A DNA stretch of 64,000 nt from an uncultured Chloroflexia bacterium (GCA_963724295.1 CAVRUC010000001.1:128001-192000); one strand, 5' to 3'; numbered from the stretch's first letter, positions 9,397 through 19,500 are shown. Notes: generated from the letters alone by a model not told the origin. Numbers and translations are program-made.

Positions 9397-9868
9397 ATGC
9401 AGGGCAGGTTCGCTCGATTGGTCGTGCCGGTTGCCGGTTCGGAGATGGACGACCGGGTCCTGGACATGCTGCCCAATCTCTTGAGTCGCGAAGGTGGCAC
9501 GATCACGTTTCTGTTCGTCGTCGAGGTCCCGCAATCTATGCCGCTGGACGCCGAGCTGCCAGACCGACATAGACATTGGCGAGCGAGCCTTGCGCCACGC
9601 CGAAAACGCGGCTCGACCCTTGCTCCCCTCTCGAAACGCGACAATCGTTACGGAGCTGCTTCAGGCCCGGGCCGTGGGACCGGCGATCGTCGACGAGGCC
9701 ATCGAGCGTGACGCGGAAGCGATCGTCATGACGGCGGCGATTCACCGGCGACACGGCCGGCCGACGCTCGGCGAAACGACCGACCACGTCCTCCTCAATG
9801 CGCCATGTGAGGTGGTGGTCATTCGAACAGTCCCCGATTCGCTGTCACGGGCCGGAATGCACCGATGA
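9397..9868 (+). CDS. Universal stress protein, apparent +1 frameshift near 9561
   Basis: RLVVPVAGSE, VVEVPQSMPLDAELP, then ARAVGPAIVDEA...LGETTDHVLLNAPCEVVV in the next frame. Confidence 0.85.
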
Positions 9869-10302
9869 GAGTCGTCATCATGGGTTGTGGTCGAGTCGGA
9901 GCAAGGGTCGCCAGCCTGCTCGACCACTCGGGCAACGCAATCACGGTGATTGATACGGACAGTCGCGCGTTCCGCCGTCTGCCGGCTGGTTTCGGCGGCG
10001 AGACGGTGATCGGCACCGGCATCGACGAGGACGTCCTGCGCAAGGCCGGCATCGAGGACGCGGACGCATTCATCGCGGTCACGAATGGAGACAACAGAAA
10101 CATCATGGGGGCACAGGTGGCGCGGCTAGTCTTCGAGGTGCCCGTGGTCATCTGCCGCATCTACGACCCGGTGCGGGAGGACACCTACCGCCGCTTGGGC
10201 CTGACGACGGTTTGTCCGACCACCACCATCTCCGCCATCATCCTTGATCAGGTCATGCGCGCCGCAAGCGACGCGGACGTGGTGCGTGGAGGGACCGCCT
10301 AG
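9865..10302 (+). CDS. trkA: TrkA-family RCK_N-only potassium uptake regulatory protein
   Basis: IMGCGRVG, AGIEDADAFIAVTNGDNRN, RIYDP. ATGA overlap with the USP gene. Confidence 0.9.
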   Translation: MRVVIMGCGRVGARVASLLDHSGNAITVIDTDSRAFRRLPAGFGGETVIGTGIDEDVLRKAGIEDADAFIAVTNGDNRNIMGAQVARLVFEVPVVICRIYDPVREDTYRRLGLTTVCPTTTISAIILDQVMRAASDADVVRGGTA

Positions 10303-10304
10303 TC

Positions 10305-10955
10305 ATGTACATCATCGTCGCCGGAGGCGGGAAGGTCGGCTACTACCTTGCCCAACATTTGCTGGCGGAAGGGCACGAAGTCCTGCTTATCGAGCGCAAC
10401 CCCGAGCGCGTCTCCGAGATCAACGAGGTTCTCGGCGCTGTCGCGGTCACCGGGGACGGCGCGGAAGCCGGGACGCAGGCAGCGGCCGGCGCCCCTCGCG
10501 CGGACGTCGTTGTCGCGGTGACTGGAGAAGACGAGGACAACCTCGTGATCTGCCAGGTTGCGCGCGAGAAGTTTCACGTCGCCCGGACCATCGCCCGCGT
10601 CAATAATCCCAAAAATGAGCATTTGTTCAGGATGCTCGGAGTCGACGTCACCGTCAGCCAGACCAACTACATCCTGAATCTGATCGAGCAAGCGATTCCC
10701 GAGCGCTCGTTCGTCCATCTCGTCAGCTTCCACGAGGACCTGGCCATCGTCGACGCCAAGGTTTCGGAGACCTCGGCGGTTGCGCATCGCGCTATCGCCG
10801 AGATCGAGCTCCCGGCGAACACCGCGATCACCGCTATCGCGCGCGGGGCAAAGCTGATCGTACCCAACCCCGGCACCGAGCTGCTGCCGGGCGATGACAT
10901 CATCGCGGTCGCGCATCAGAACCAGGAGGACGAACTGCGCCGGCTGCTCGTCTGA
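10305..10955 (+). CDS. trkA: TrkA-family protein (RCK_N plus RCK_C)
   Basis: VAGGGKVG, AVTGEDEDNLVIC, ARVNNPKN, and RCK_C IARGAKLIVPNPGTELLPGD. Confidence 0.9.
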   Translation: MYIIVAGGGKVGYYLAQHLLAEGHEVLLIERNPERVSEINEVLGAVAVTGDGAEAGTQAAAGAPRADVVVAVTGEDEDNLVICQVAREKFHVARTIARVNNPKNEHLFRMLGVDVTVSQTNYILNLIEQAIPERSFVHLVSFHEDLAIVDAKVSETSAVAHRAIAEIELPANTAITAIARGAKLIVPNPGTELLPGDDIIAVAHQNQEDELRRLLV

Positions 10956-10993
10956 GCCCCGAACGCGCAGGCATCAGTCGCCAGAGGGTCGTC

Positions 10994-11848
10994 ATGCTCC
11001 TAGCCGTGGAAGTCGGCAACACAAACACCACGTTCGGACTGTTCGCCGCCTCTGGTGAGCTGACGACCGCCTACCGGCTGTCGACCGAGCGGGAGCGCAT
11101 GCCGGACGAGTGGTTCGCGATGCTGGCCGCGCTCCTCGCCTCCGATAGCCACCAGCTATCCGAGGTCGACGGCGTGATCATCTCCAGTGTCGTGCCGAGC
11201 GTAACGACGTGGCTGGTCGACATGACCCGAAATCGGCTTCGAATCGAACCGGTCATCGTCAGCGGCGACCTGGACGTCGGTCTCGATCTCGACGTCGACG
11301 AGCCGAAACAGTTGGGAGCTGACCGCATCGTCGATTGCGTGGCCGCATTTCATCGCTACGGTGGTCCAGCCATCATCGTCGACCTCGGCACCGCGACGAC
11401 GTTCGACGTCATCGGCCGCAACGGCGGGTACAAGGGCGGCGCCATCGCCGCCGGCGTCGCCACCTCGCTGCAGGCCCTGGCTGGCAACGCCGCGCAACTG
11501 TTCAATGTCGAGTTGCATATGCCCGATGCGGTCATCGGTCGCAACACGGGCGACCAGCTGCGCTCCGGGATTGTGGCGGGGCACCTGGCCATGCTCGAGG
11601 GCATGATCGAGCGTACCCGCGCCGAGCTGGGGGTTGACGCCCAGGTCATCGTGACCGGCGGGCTGGCGCCGCTCTTCGCTGGCCGCTCCCCCCTCTTCGA
11701 CCATGTCGACGCGGACCTGACCTTGCACGGGTTACGGCTCATTTACGATCGCGTCCAGTCGGCACGCGGAGAGACCGCGGCGACTCCACCAGCCGAACTC
11801 CGCTCTATGAGCGCCGCAGGCGGCCGGGAGTTTCCGGATGCGGTCTGA
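10994..11848 (+). CDS. coaX: Type III pantothenate kinase
   Basis: VEVGNTNT, ISSVVP, LGADR, VDLGTATTFD, VTGG. Confidence 0.93.
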   Translation: MLLAVEVGNTNTTFGLFAASGELTTAYRLSTERERMPDEWFAMLAALLASDSHQLSEVDGVIISSVVPSVTTWLVDMTRNRLRIEPVIVSGDLDVGLDLDVDEPKQLGADRIVDCVAAFHRYGGPAIIVDLGTATTFDVIGRNGGYKGGAIAAGVATSLQALAGNAAQLFNVELHMPDAVIGRNTGDQLRSGIVAGHLAMLEGMIERTRAELGVDAQVIVTGGLAPLFAGRSPLFDHVDADLTLHGLRLIYDRVQSARGETAATPPAELRSMSAAGGREFPDAV

Positions 11849-12332
11849 ATCTCCATCAGAGGCGGGAACCGAGCGCGTTGCCATCCGCCCGTACAGCTCC
11901 GAGGACCGGTTATTCGTGGCCCGCGTCGCCTCCCGCATGCACCCTGGGCAAACAGCGTCTCCGCGAGACCCCGCCGCCCTGGATCGATTCTTCTGCGAAC
12001 AGGGACCCGGCGAGTTTCTGAGCAAACCGGGCGCCCAGGCATTCGTTGCCACGATTGACGGCGAACCTTGCGGGCTCATTTCCTTCTTCCCCGACAAGGA
12101 TTACTTCACCGATCACCCGAGGGCTTACGTCGACAATCTCGTCGTGGCTGAAGAGGCGGAACGCAAGGGAGTTGGTCGGGCTCTGTTAGCCTTCGTCGAA
12201 CGCCGGGCTCGTGACGATGGGTTCCGTGAAGTCGTCCTCGATGTCTTCGCGGTGAATCGCGGTGCTATCGCTTTCTACGAGCGGCAGGGGTACCGGCCCG
12301 ACCACATCCGGATGGCGAAACCACTCGAATAA
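11838..12332 (+). CDS. GNAT N-acetyltransferase
   Basis: LVVAEEAERKGVGRALL acetyl-CoA motif and NRGAIAFYERQGY. Confidence 0.88.
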   Translation: MRSESPSEAGTERVAIRPYSSEDRLFVARVASRMHPGQTASPRDPAALDRFFCEQGPGEFLSKPGAQAFVATIDGEPCGLISFFPDKDYFTDHPRAYVDNLVVAEEAERKGVGRALLAFVERRARDDGFREVVLDVFAVNRGAIAFYERQGYRPDHIRMAKPLE

Positions 12333-12355
12333 CTGGGGCTTTGGCCCCCTGTCGC

Positions 12356-12371
12356 GACATGATTTCATGTC
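12356..12371. promoter_or_regulatory. Palindrome upstream of the his operon, candidate operator
   Basis: GACATGA-TT-TCATGTC, a perfect 7-bp inverted repeat in an AT-richer intergenic region. Confidence 0.35.
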
Positions 12372-12462
12372 TTTGCATCTGAATCATTGAACTGGCGAGC
12401 TACTCGTATCAGGCAGGTTCATTGAAGCGTGTCTGGTCGATGTTGGAGGTTTCAGAATCACG

Positions 12463-13380
12463 ATGCCCGATGCAACCACGGGCTTCAAGCAGGCACTCGG
12501 TCTTGCGCCGACCGGTGATCCGCCACTGAAACTGGCGGTCCAGCGCTCCGGTCGCTTGACGCAAGACACGCTCGATCTCTTGCATGCCATCGGCTTGCAG
12601 TTCGAGAGCTATGGCCAACGTCTCTTCTCCCACTGCCGGAACTTTCCGCTCTCCATCCTCTATGGACGAGACGACGATATTCCTGGCTACATCGGGCTCG
12701 GCACCGTTGATCTCGGCGTCGTCGGCCGCAATCTCCTCCATGAAGAGAATGTCGTGGTCGAAGAGCTGGCGTCGCTCGGGTTTGGCTACTGCGAGCTGGT
12801 CCTGGCAACGCTGCGCGACGCGCCATTTACTCGACCTGAGCAACTGCTCGACGCGCGCATTGCCACCTCCTATCCGGAGTCGGCTCGCCGGTACTTCACC
12901 GAGCTTGGCGGCAATCCGGAGATCATCACGATCAGCGGCTCAGTCGAAGTGGCGCCTTCGCTCGGCCTGGCGGATGCGATCGTCGAGCTGACCGCTACCG
13001 GTTCGACGCTGCTCCTGAACGACCTCCGGCCGATCGCCACAATTCTCGAGTCGGAGGCGGTGCTTGCCGCCCACCCCGATGCCATGGCGGACCCGGCAAA
13101 GCGCGCCAATATCGACCGCTTGATGATGCGGATCGACGCCGTGCAGGCGGCCAAACGCTACAAGTACCTGATGATGAACGCACCAGAAGCGGCCTTACCC
13201 GCCATCCGGGCCGTCGTTCCGGGGCTGAAGGCGCCAACGATCGTCCCGCTCGCCGACCCCGGATGGTTCGCGGTCCACACCGCGGTCGAAGAGGATGCGT
13301 TCTGGGAGTCGATCGAGCGCTTGCGCGCGGCCGGCGCAACCGAGATCCTCGTGTCGTCGCTGGAGAAGCTCCTGCTCTGA
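12463..13380 (+). CDS. hisG: ATP phosphoribosyltransferase, long form
   Basis: RDDDIP, DLGVVG, IATSYP, GSVEVAP, ATGSTL, plus the C-terminal regulatory domain. GGAGG SD. Confidence 0.95.
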   Translation: MPDATTGFKQALGLAPTGDPPLKLAVQRSGRLTQDTLDLLHAIGLQFESYGQRLFSHCRNFPLSILYGRDDDIPGYIGLGTVDLGVVGRNLLHEENVVVEELASLGFGYCELVLATLRDAPFTRPEQLLDARIATSYPESARRYFTELGGNPEIITISGSVEVAPSLGLADAIVELTATGSTLLLNDLRPIATILESEAVLAAHPDAMADPAKRANIDRLMMRIDAVQAAKRYKYLMMNAPEAALPAIRAVVPGLKAPTIVPLADPGWFAVHTAVEEDAFWESIERLRAAGATEILVSSLEKLLL

Positions 13381-13385
13381 GTGTG

Positions 13386-13654
13386 AGACGGCAAGACGGC
13401 AAGACGGCGAGACGGCTAGCACGCGGGCCGTTGTCATCCGTGAACAATTCGGGATAGATGGCGCCGGCGAACGTTTGCAAAGGCTGCAAAGGTTGCAAAG
13501 GCTACATGAGGCAGGCGCCGCTGGAATTGCACGCTGCATGTTCACCAGTCCCGCCGCTTTCCTCATGCGGCGTGCACCTCGGCTACTATTCGTATACCGT
13601 CAGCAGTCCGCGAACTAGCCGACTAGCCGACTTCTTGCAGCCGTCTTGCCGTCT
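13386..13654. repeat. Intergenic element with octamer and nonamer tandem repeats and 15-bp terminal inverted repeats
   Basis: 4x AGACGGCN (13386-13417), 3x TGCAAAGGY (13476-13502), 2x ACTAGCCG. AGACGGCAAGACGGC (13386-13400) is the exact reverse complement of 13640-13654. Confidence 0.75.
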
Positions 13655-13675
13655 ACTCATTGCGGAGGATCCTTG

Positions 13676-14800
13676 GTGTCTCAGAGCGTCGCGTCCCGGA
13701 CCACGTTCGATCCCGAGAAGCTCGTCCGGGCGGCGATCCATCATCTTCCCCTCTACACCCGGGAAGAGGCGCCGGCCGAAAAACCGGCGCGAGTGGTTCG
13801 CCTCGACTGGAATGAGTCGCCGTACGGGCCTTCGCCCAGAGCACTGGAAGCTCTGGCGGCGGTCGCCGCACACAATCGGTACCCGGAATTCGACGCCTGG
13901 GCCCTGCGCGATGCCATTGGACGCTATGCCGGCGTACCGGCGGATCGCATCGTGGCCGGGGCCGGTCTCGACAACGTGCTCGAGACGCTCATGTTGCTCC
14001 TCATCGAGCACGGCGATCGCGTCATCATCTCCGAGCCAACGTTCATGGTCTATCAGCTGCTCGTCCGCGGCCATGGAGGCGAGGCGGTCAACGTGCCGCT
14101 GGATCGGGACTTCCAACTCGACGCGCGAGGCATCCTGGATGCGGTCGACGACCGCACCAAGTTGATCCTGATCTGCAACCCGAATAACCCCACTGGCAAT
14201 CTGTTGTCGCCCGAGGCGATCGAGCAGATCGTCGCCAACGCACCCTGTCTGGTCGCGATCGACGAGGCCTATGCCGAGTTCGCCGGCGGCAGTTACCGCG
14301 ACCTGATGGACGAGCACCCGAATCTGGCCGTTCTCCGCACGCTGAGCAAGTTTGCCGGCCTGGCCGGGATGCGAGTCGGTTATGGCATCTTTCCCGAGTC
14401 GCTGATGCCGTATCTGATGCGGGTCATGCCGGGATTCTGCAACGTCAGCGCGGCTGCCAGCGCCGCCGCGATCGCGGCCCTCGCGGACGTCGACTACAAC
14501 CAGGCCACCATCGCTCGCATCGTCGCCGATCGCGAGATGCTTGCCGATCGTCTCCGCGAGATCCCGGGCGTCGAGCCGCTTCCCTCGGCCACGAATTTCC
14601 TGCTCGTTCGGCTGCCGATGCCGGATGCGGAGCCTGTTGTGCGCGAGCTGGCGAATCGTGGCGTCTACGTGCGCCATTTCGGTAACCCGGCGTTCGGTAT
14701 CGCGGACTGCCTTCGCGTCTCGATCGGCACACCGGAAGACAACGCGATCTTCGCCGAGCAGCTCGAAGCGATATTGGCGGCTCAGGAGCGAGCGGCGTGA
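13676..14800 (+). CDS. hisC: Histidinol-phosphate aminotransferase
   Basis: LDWNESP, CNPNNPTG, IDEAYAEF, RTLSKFAGLAGMRVGY, LRVSIGT. GGAGG SD before a GTG start. Confidence 0.93.
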   Translation: MSQSVASRTTFDPEKLVRAAIHHLPLYTREEAPAEKPARVVRLDWNESPYGPSPRALEALAAVAAHNRYPEFDAWALRDAIGRYAGVPADRIVAGAGLDNVLETLMLLLIEHGDRVIISEPTFMVYQLLVRGHGGEAVNVPLDRDFQLDARGILDAVDDRTKLILICNPNNPTGNLLSPEAIEQIVANAPCLVAIDEAYAEFAGGSYRDLMDEHPNLAVLRTLSKFAGLAGMRVGYGIFPESLMPYLMRVMPGFCNVSAAASAAAIAALADVDYNQATIARIVADREMLADRLREIPGVEPLPSATNFLLVRLPMPDAEPVVRELANRGVYVRHFGNPAFGIADCLRVSIGTPEDNAIFAEQLEAILAAQERAA

Positions 14801-15411
14801 CCGCGGCCGAGGTGCGGGCCGGTCAACGCCAAGCCCACATCGCCAGGTCGACCCTGGAGACTCGAATCGAGGCCCGCGTCGATCTCGACGGCGGCCCGGT
14901 GACAGCGGCTACGGGCGTTCCATTTCTCGACCACATGCTGGAGGCGCTGGGCCGCCACGGCAAGCTCGGCATCGAGATTCGCTGCGATGGCGACGCCGCG
15001 ATGGACCCCCACCACACCGTCGAAGACGTGGGTATCGTGCTTGGTCAGGCTGTCCGCGAATCGCTTGCCGACCGGCGAGGTATTGCCCGTTATGGCCACG
15101 CGTACGCGCCACTGGACGAGGCCCTGGCGCGCGTCGTCATCGACTGCTCGGGCCGGCCCTATCTCCACTACCAGGCGGAGATGCCGGAGCCGGTAATTGG
15201 CCGCGACTTCGCGGCCAGCCTCATCGAGGAGTTCTGGCGAGCGTTCGTGGTCAACGCCGCGGTGACCGCCCACATCGATCTGATCAGAGCGCGCAATGCC
15301 CATCACGCCGCGGAGGCGATTTTCAAGGCCGGCGCGCTTGCCCTGCACGCGGCTACCCGCCAGAGTGGTGACCCGGAGATGATCCCCTCGACGAAAGGTA
15401 TGCTCGCATGA
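14797..15411 (+). CDS. hisB: Imidazoleglycerol-phosphate dehydratase
   Basis: TGVPFLDHML, DPHHTVED, NAHHAAEAIFKA, PSTKG. Confidence 0.96.
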   Translation: MTAAEVRAGQRQAHIARSTLETRIEARVDLDGGPVTAATGVPFLDHMLEALGRHGKLGIEIRCDGDAAMDPHHTVEDVGIVLGQAVRESLADRRGIARYGHAYAPLDEALARVVIDCSGRPYLHYQAEMPEPVIGRDFAASLIEEFWRAFVVNAAVTAHIDLIRARNAHHAAEAIFKAGALALHAATRQSGDPEMIPSTKGMLA

Positions 15412-16052
15412 GCGTCTCCATCGCGGTCATCGACTATGGCGCCGGCAACCTGCGCTCCATTCGACGCGCCTTAGAGGCCGCGGGCGCCGAGGTGACCGTC
15501 TCATCTGACAGCGCGGACGTGCGCCGCGCCGACGCCGTCGTTTTTCCGGGCGTCGGCGCGGCCGGCGCCGCGATGGATCGTCTTCACCAGCTCGGGCTGG
15601 TCGACGTCATCGGCGAAGTCGTCGCCGAGGGACGGCCATTCCTTGGCATCTGCCTCGGCATGCAGCTCCTCTTCGAGCACCAGGAAGAAGGAAACACGCG
15701 CGGGCTCGGTCTCCTGAACGGGCGCGTCCACAGCCTCAGCCCGCAGGTCAAGGTGCCGCAGATCGGGTGGAACCGCGTGCGATGGATCCGGGAGGCGGCT
15801 GGCTACCATCCCGCGGAGGCCGATGACTTCTACTTCGTTCACTCCTACGTCATCGAGCCTGATGATCCCGCTGACGTCCTCGCCGTCACCCGCTACGGTG
15901 AGGTCTTCCCCAGTATCGTCCGTCACGGTCAGGTCTGGGGCACGCAGTTTCACCCCGAGAAAAGTGGCCCCGCTGGGTTGAAGCTGATCGCGGGTTGGGT
16001 CGACGGCGTGCGCGCCAACGCCGGCGCCAGGCGGTTGAGCGTCCCCGCATGA
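15408..16052 (+). CDS. hisH: Imidazole glycerol phosphate synthase, glutaminase subunit
   Basis: DYGAGNL, PGVG, GICLGMQ, YFVHSY, QFHPEKS. Confidence 0.96.
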   Translation: MSVSIAVIDYGAGNLRSIRRALEAAGAEVTVSSDSADVRRADAVVFPGVGAAGAAMDRLHQLGLVDVIGEVVAEGRPFLGICLGMQLLFEHQEEGNTRGLGLLNGRVHSLSPQVKVPQIGWNRVRWIREAAGYHPAEADDFYFVHSYVIEPDDPADVLAVTRYGEVFPSIVRHGQVWGTQFHPEKSGPAGLKLIAGWVDGVRANAGARRLSVPA

Positions 16053-16780
16053 TCCTCTATCCGGCAATCGATATCCGGGGCGGCCGTTGCGTGCGTCTGA
16101 TCGAAGGCGATTTCAATCGCGAGACAGCCTATGATAGCGACCCCTCCGCGGCCGCCCGCCGTTGGGTGGAGGCCGGCGCGGAGTGGCTGCACATCGTCGA
16201 TCTTGACGGAGCTGTCGAAGGGCGACCGATCAATCGCGAGGCTGTGGCGCAGATCCGCGCCTCGGTCGACGTCTCGATCCAGCTCGGTGGTGGCCTTCGC
16301 CAGCTAACTGATCTCGAAGACGCGTTCGCCACAGGCGTCGACCGGGCGATTCTTGGCACCGTCGCCCTCCGCGATCCGGAACTGGTCATCAGCGCCGTCG
16401 CCCGCTGGGGCGACCGCGTCGCGGTTGCGCTCGACGCCAGAGATGGCCGGCTGGCGACCGACGGCTGGCTGGGACAGTCCGATACCCGCGCCGTCGAGGT
16501 GGCCCAGCGACTGGCTCAGAGACGTGTGCGCCACTTCATCTACACCGACATCCGACGTGACGGCACGCTCTCGGGCCCGAACCTGGAAGGGCTCAGCGAG
16601 TTGGTCGAGAAGGTCGAAGCGGATGTCATCGCCTCCGGCGGTATCGCCTCGCTTGACGACATCAAGGCCGCGGCGAACGTGGGTGCAACCGGCGCGATCA
16701 TCGGGCGGGCGTTGTACGACGGGCGCGTCGACCTCGCTGACGCTCTCGCGCTATTTCGACCAACTGAGGCGCCATGCTGA
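16049..16780 (+). CDS. hisA: ProFAR isomerase
   Basis: [47 protein letters not shown]. Confidence 0.96.
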   Translation: MILYPAIDIRGGRCVRLIEGDFNRETAYDSDPSAAARRWVEAGAEWLHIVDLDGAVEGRPINREAVAQIRASVDVSIQLGGGLRQLTDLEDAFATGVDRAILGTVALRDPELVISAVARWGDRVAVALDARDGRLATDGWLGQSDTRAVEVAQRLAQRRVRHFIYTDIRRDGTLSGPNLEGLSELVEKVEADVIASGGIASLDDIKAAANVGATGAIIGRALYDGRVDLADALALFRPTEAPC

Positions 16781-17592
16781 GTCCGTACTCCATCGACCTC
16801 CACGACGGTCTTCCCGATACCGGGCCATACCGCAGAATCATTCCCTGTCTGGACGTGACCGGCGGCCGCGTGGTCAAAGGCATCGAGTTCGTCAATCTGC
16901 GCGATGCGGGTGATCCCGTCGAGCTCGCCGCGTTCTACGACAGCGAAGGCGCCGACGAGCTTGTCTTCCTCGACATCACGGCCTCGTCCGACAGCCGCCA
17001 CACGATGCTCGACGTTGTCGAGCGAACGGCCGACCAGGTCTTCATCCCGCTCACGGTAGGGGGCGGAGTGCGCTCGGTGGGCGACATTCGGCAATTGCTC
17101 TCCGCCGGCGCCGACAAGGTCTCGATCAATACCGCGGCCATCAACGATCCCGACCTCATCGACGCCGGGGCGCAGGTCTTTGGTCGCCAGTGCATCGTCG
17201 TCGCCATCGACGCTCGCCGCGAGACGGATCGCGATGGCTGGGGCGTCTACACGCACGGCGGCCGGCGCGCCAGCGGTCTCGACGTCGTTGACTGGGCCGC
17301 GGAAGCGGCTCGCCGGGGTGCGGGGGAAATCCTGCTCACCAGCATGGACCGCGATGGCACGCGCGATGGCTACGACCTCCCTCTCCTAGAAGCCGTCTCC
17401 GCGGCCGTGAACATCCCGGTGATCGCGTCGGGCGGCGCGGGCAACCTCGACCATCTATGCGAAGGTCTGGCGCCGGGTCGCGCCGATGCCGTGCTGGCGG
17501 CTTCGATCTTCCATTTCGGGGAATACCGAATCGCGGACGCACGAAAGCATCTCGCCAGCCGCGGCATCCCGGTGCGCGACTCTCGTTCATGA
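16774..17592 (+). CDS. hisF: Imidazole glycerol phosphate synthase, cyclase subunit
   Basis: [39 protein letters not shown]. Confidence 0.97.
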   Translation: MLSPYSIDLHDGLPDTGPYRRIIPCLDVTGGRVVKGIEFVNLRDAGDPVELAAFYDSEGADELVFLDITASSDSRHTMLDVVERTADQVFIPLTVGGGVRSVGDIRQLLSAGADKVSINTAAINDPDLIDAGAQVFGRQCIVVAIDARRETDRDGWGVYTHGGRRASGLDVVDWAAEAARRGAGEILLTSMDRDGTRDGYDLPLLEAVSAAVNIPVIASGGAGNLDHLCEGLAPGRADAVLAASIFHFGEYRIADARKHLASRGIPVRDSRS

Positions 17593-18560
17593 ACGATCAG
17601 CCGCCGCGGAACGTCCGCTACGGCGCCGATGGTCTGGCGCCGGTGGTCGTTCAGGACGCCATTTCAGGCGACGTTTTGATGCTCGCCTTCATGAACGACG
17701 AGGCACTTCGCCTGACGCACGAGACGGGCAGGGCGCATTACTGGAGCCGCGGCCGCAACGCGCTCTGGCGAAAGGGCGAGACGTCAGGTCACGAGCAGCT
17801 CGTCGAAGAGATCCGCGTCAATTGTGAGCAAAACAGCCTCTTGCTGCTGGTGCGACAGGTTGGCGCCGTTTGTCACGACGGCTATCCGACCTGCTTCTAC
17901 CGGCGCACCGCGCCAGACGGCTCGCTGACCATCGTCCGAGAGCGTTCGTTCGACCCGAGCGCCGTCTACCACGACGCGGCGCCAGTGCCTCAACGCGGCG
18001 AGACAGAAGCGGTTGATCCGCTTGGGGAGGCGACGCGGCGACAACTGGGCGCCTATGCCTACCTGCGCGACCACGATCTGACCGCTGAATCAGAGACCTC
18101 TCGCCGCTTGCGACACGCCGACCAGCATTTCGGGAGCCGTATCGCCGATGAGCTGCGTGAGCTGGCCGGGGTGCTGGCTCGGAGAGCACCAGCACGCCGG
18201 CCAGGAACGTGACGTGCTGCTGGAAGCATCGCAGGTCATCTACTGGCTACTCCTGGAGTCGCTACGCCACGGAGTCACCTGGATGGCGCTGCGGCCGGAC
18301 CGCGCGTTGGCCACCGTAGATACGAGGCTGCTGGCAGCGACAGTGGCCCGGTTACTTCGCGCGGAGGCGGACCACTGGTCCGAGAGCGGGCGCGATGATC
18401 AGGACATCGCCGCGGCTGCCCATGCCACCCTGTCGCTCGTCGCCCAGGCCTGCGCAAGCGTCGGGATCGATCCACTTGCCACCGTGCGTTTCGACCTCGC
18501 CGAACTGGAATCAAGACCGTATCTCGCTCCGTATTTCGGAGTCGACGAAGACTTCATAGG
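17589..18560 (+). CDS. hisI: Phosphoribosyl-AMP cyclohydrolase with divergent HisE-like C-terminal region, apparent +1 frameshift near 18179; end uncertain
   Basis: [39 protein letters not shown]. Followed by SETSRRL...[13 protein letters not shown](A)GEH...[11 protein letters not shown]. No in-frame stop before the HIT domain. Confidence 0.8.
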
Positions 18561-18585
18561 CGGATCGCGGGGGGCACAAACGAGC

Positions 18586-19500
18586 GTGATGGGTCCGGGA
18601 TCGGGAAGGGAAGAGCCTCGGCAACCCGTCTCTGCGCTAGCCGACGCACCGTCCGGCAGTCATGAGCGGCTCTGGACCCCCTGGCGGATGCGCTACGTCG
18701 CGGGAGCGCATCGCGAGGAAGGCTGCATCTTCTGCAACCGCCTGGCTGAACAGGACGACGTGCAGTCGCTGATCCTGCACCGTGGCGAGCGTGCGTTCGT
18801 CATCATGAACCTCTACCCATACAACACCGGGCACCTGATGATCGTACCGAACGCGCACGTCGCTTCTCCCGAGGACGCCGACCCCGAGGTGATGCGGGAG
18901 ATGGCGGCGTTGCGAGGCCCGGTGCTGCGCGCGCTTCGCCACGCGTTGTCACCCGATGGATTCAATCTTGGACTCAACGTCGGAGCGCCGGCCGGTGCGG
19001 GTGTCGCCGACCATCTGCACGAGCATGTCGTCCCGCGCTGGCAGGGAGACGCCAACTTCATGCCGATCCTGGCTGCGACGATGGTCATGCCGGAGCTGAT
19101 CCCGGTGACCTACGCCAAGGTCCGCGCGGAGCTTGCGTCCGAGCTGGCCGCCGGTAGTCAGGTCACAACGCTTGTGGTCATCAATGACCGAACGCACATG
19201 CTCGTCGATGCAGCCGGGCGGTTGCCGGAGGCCATCCCCCGCGAGGGTGAGTCGATCTGGGCAGCGGCGATGCGTGAGGCGCGCGAGCGCGGAGCCACCG
19301 ATACCGAGCTCCTGGGTTGGGCCGGGGAGCGTAAAGCGGGTCCAGGGCAATCCGCGCTGCTCTTGCGGGCCGCAATCCGCGAGGGCGCCGCGCTCGCCGC
19401 GGGAAGTCGCTTCGCGCCAGTAAACGAGCTGCTGATGGGAAAAGATGCGCAGATCGTGCGCATTGCTTTGCAGCACGAGGACCAGTTCGGTTCGTGCTAA
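18586..19500 (+). CDS. HIT-family hydrolase (Ap4A phosphorylase-like) with degenerate C-terminal Nudix-like domain; in frame with the upstream HisE-like region
   Basis: LWTPWRMRY, CIFC, NLYPYNTGHLM, GFNLGLN, HLHEHVVPRWQGDANFM. EGESIWAAAMREARERG is Nudix-box-like. Confidence 0.85.
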   Translation: MMGPGSGREEPRQPVSALADAPSGSHERLWTPWRMRYVAGAHREEGCIFCNRLAEQDDVQSLILHRGERAFVIMNLYPYNTGHLMIVPNAHVASPEDADPEVMREMAALRGPVLRALRHALSPDGFNLGLNVGAPAGAGVADHLHEHVVPRWQGDANFMPILAATMVMPELIPVTYAKVRAELASELAAGSQVTTLVVINDRTHMLVDAAGRLPEAIPREGESIWAAAMREARERGATDTELLGWAGERKAGPGQSALLLRAAIREGAALAAGSRFAPVNELLMGKDAQIVRIALQHEDQFGSC

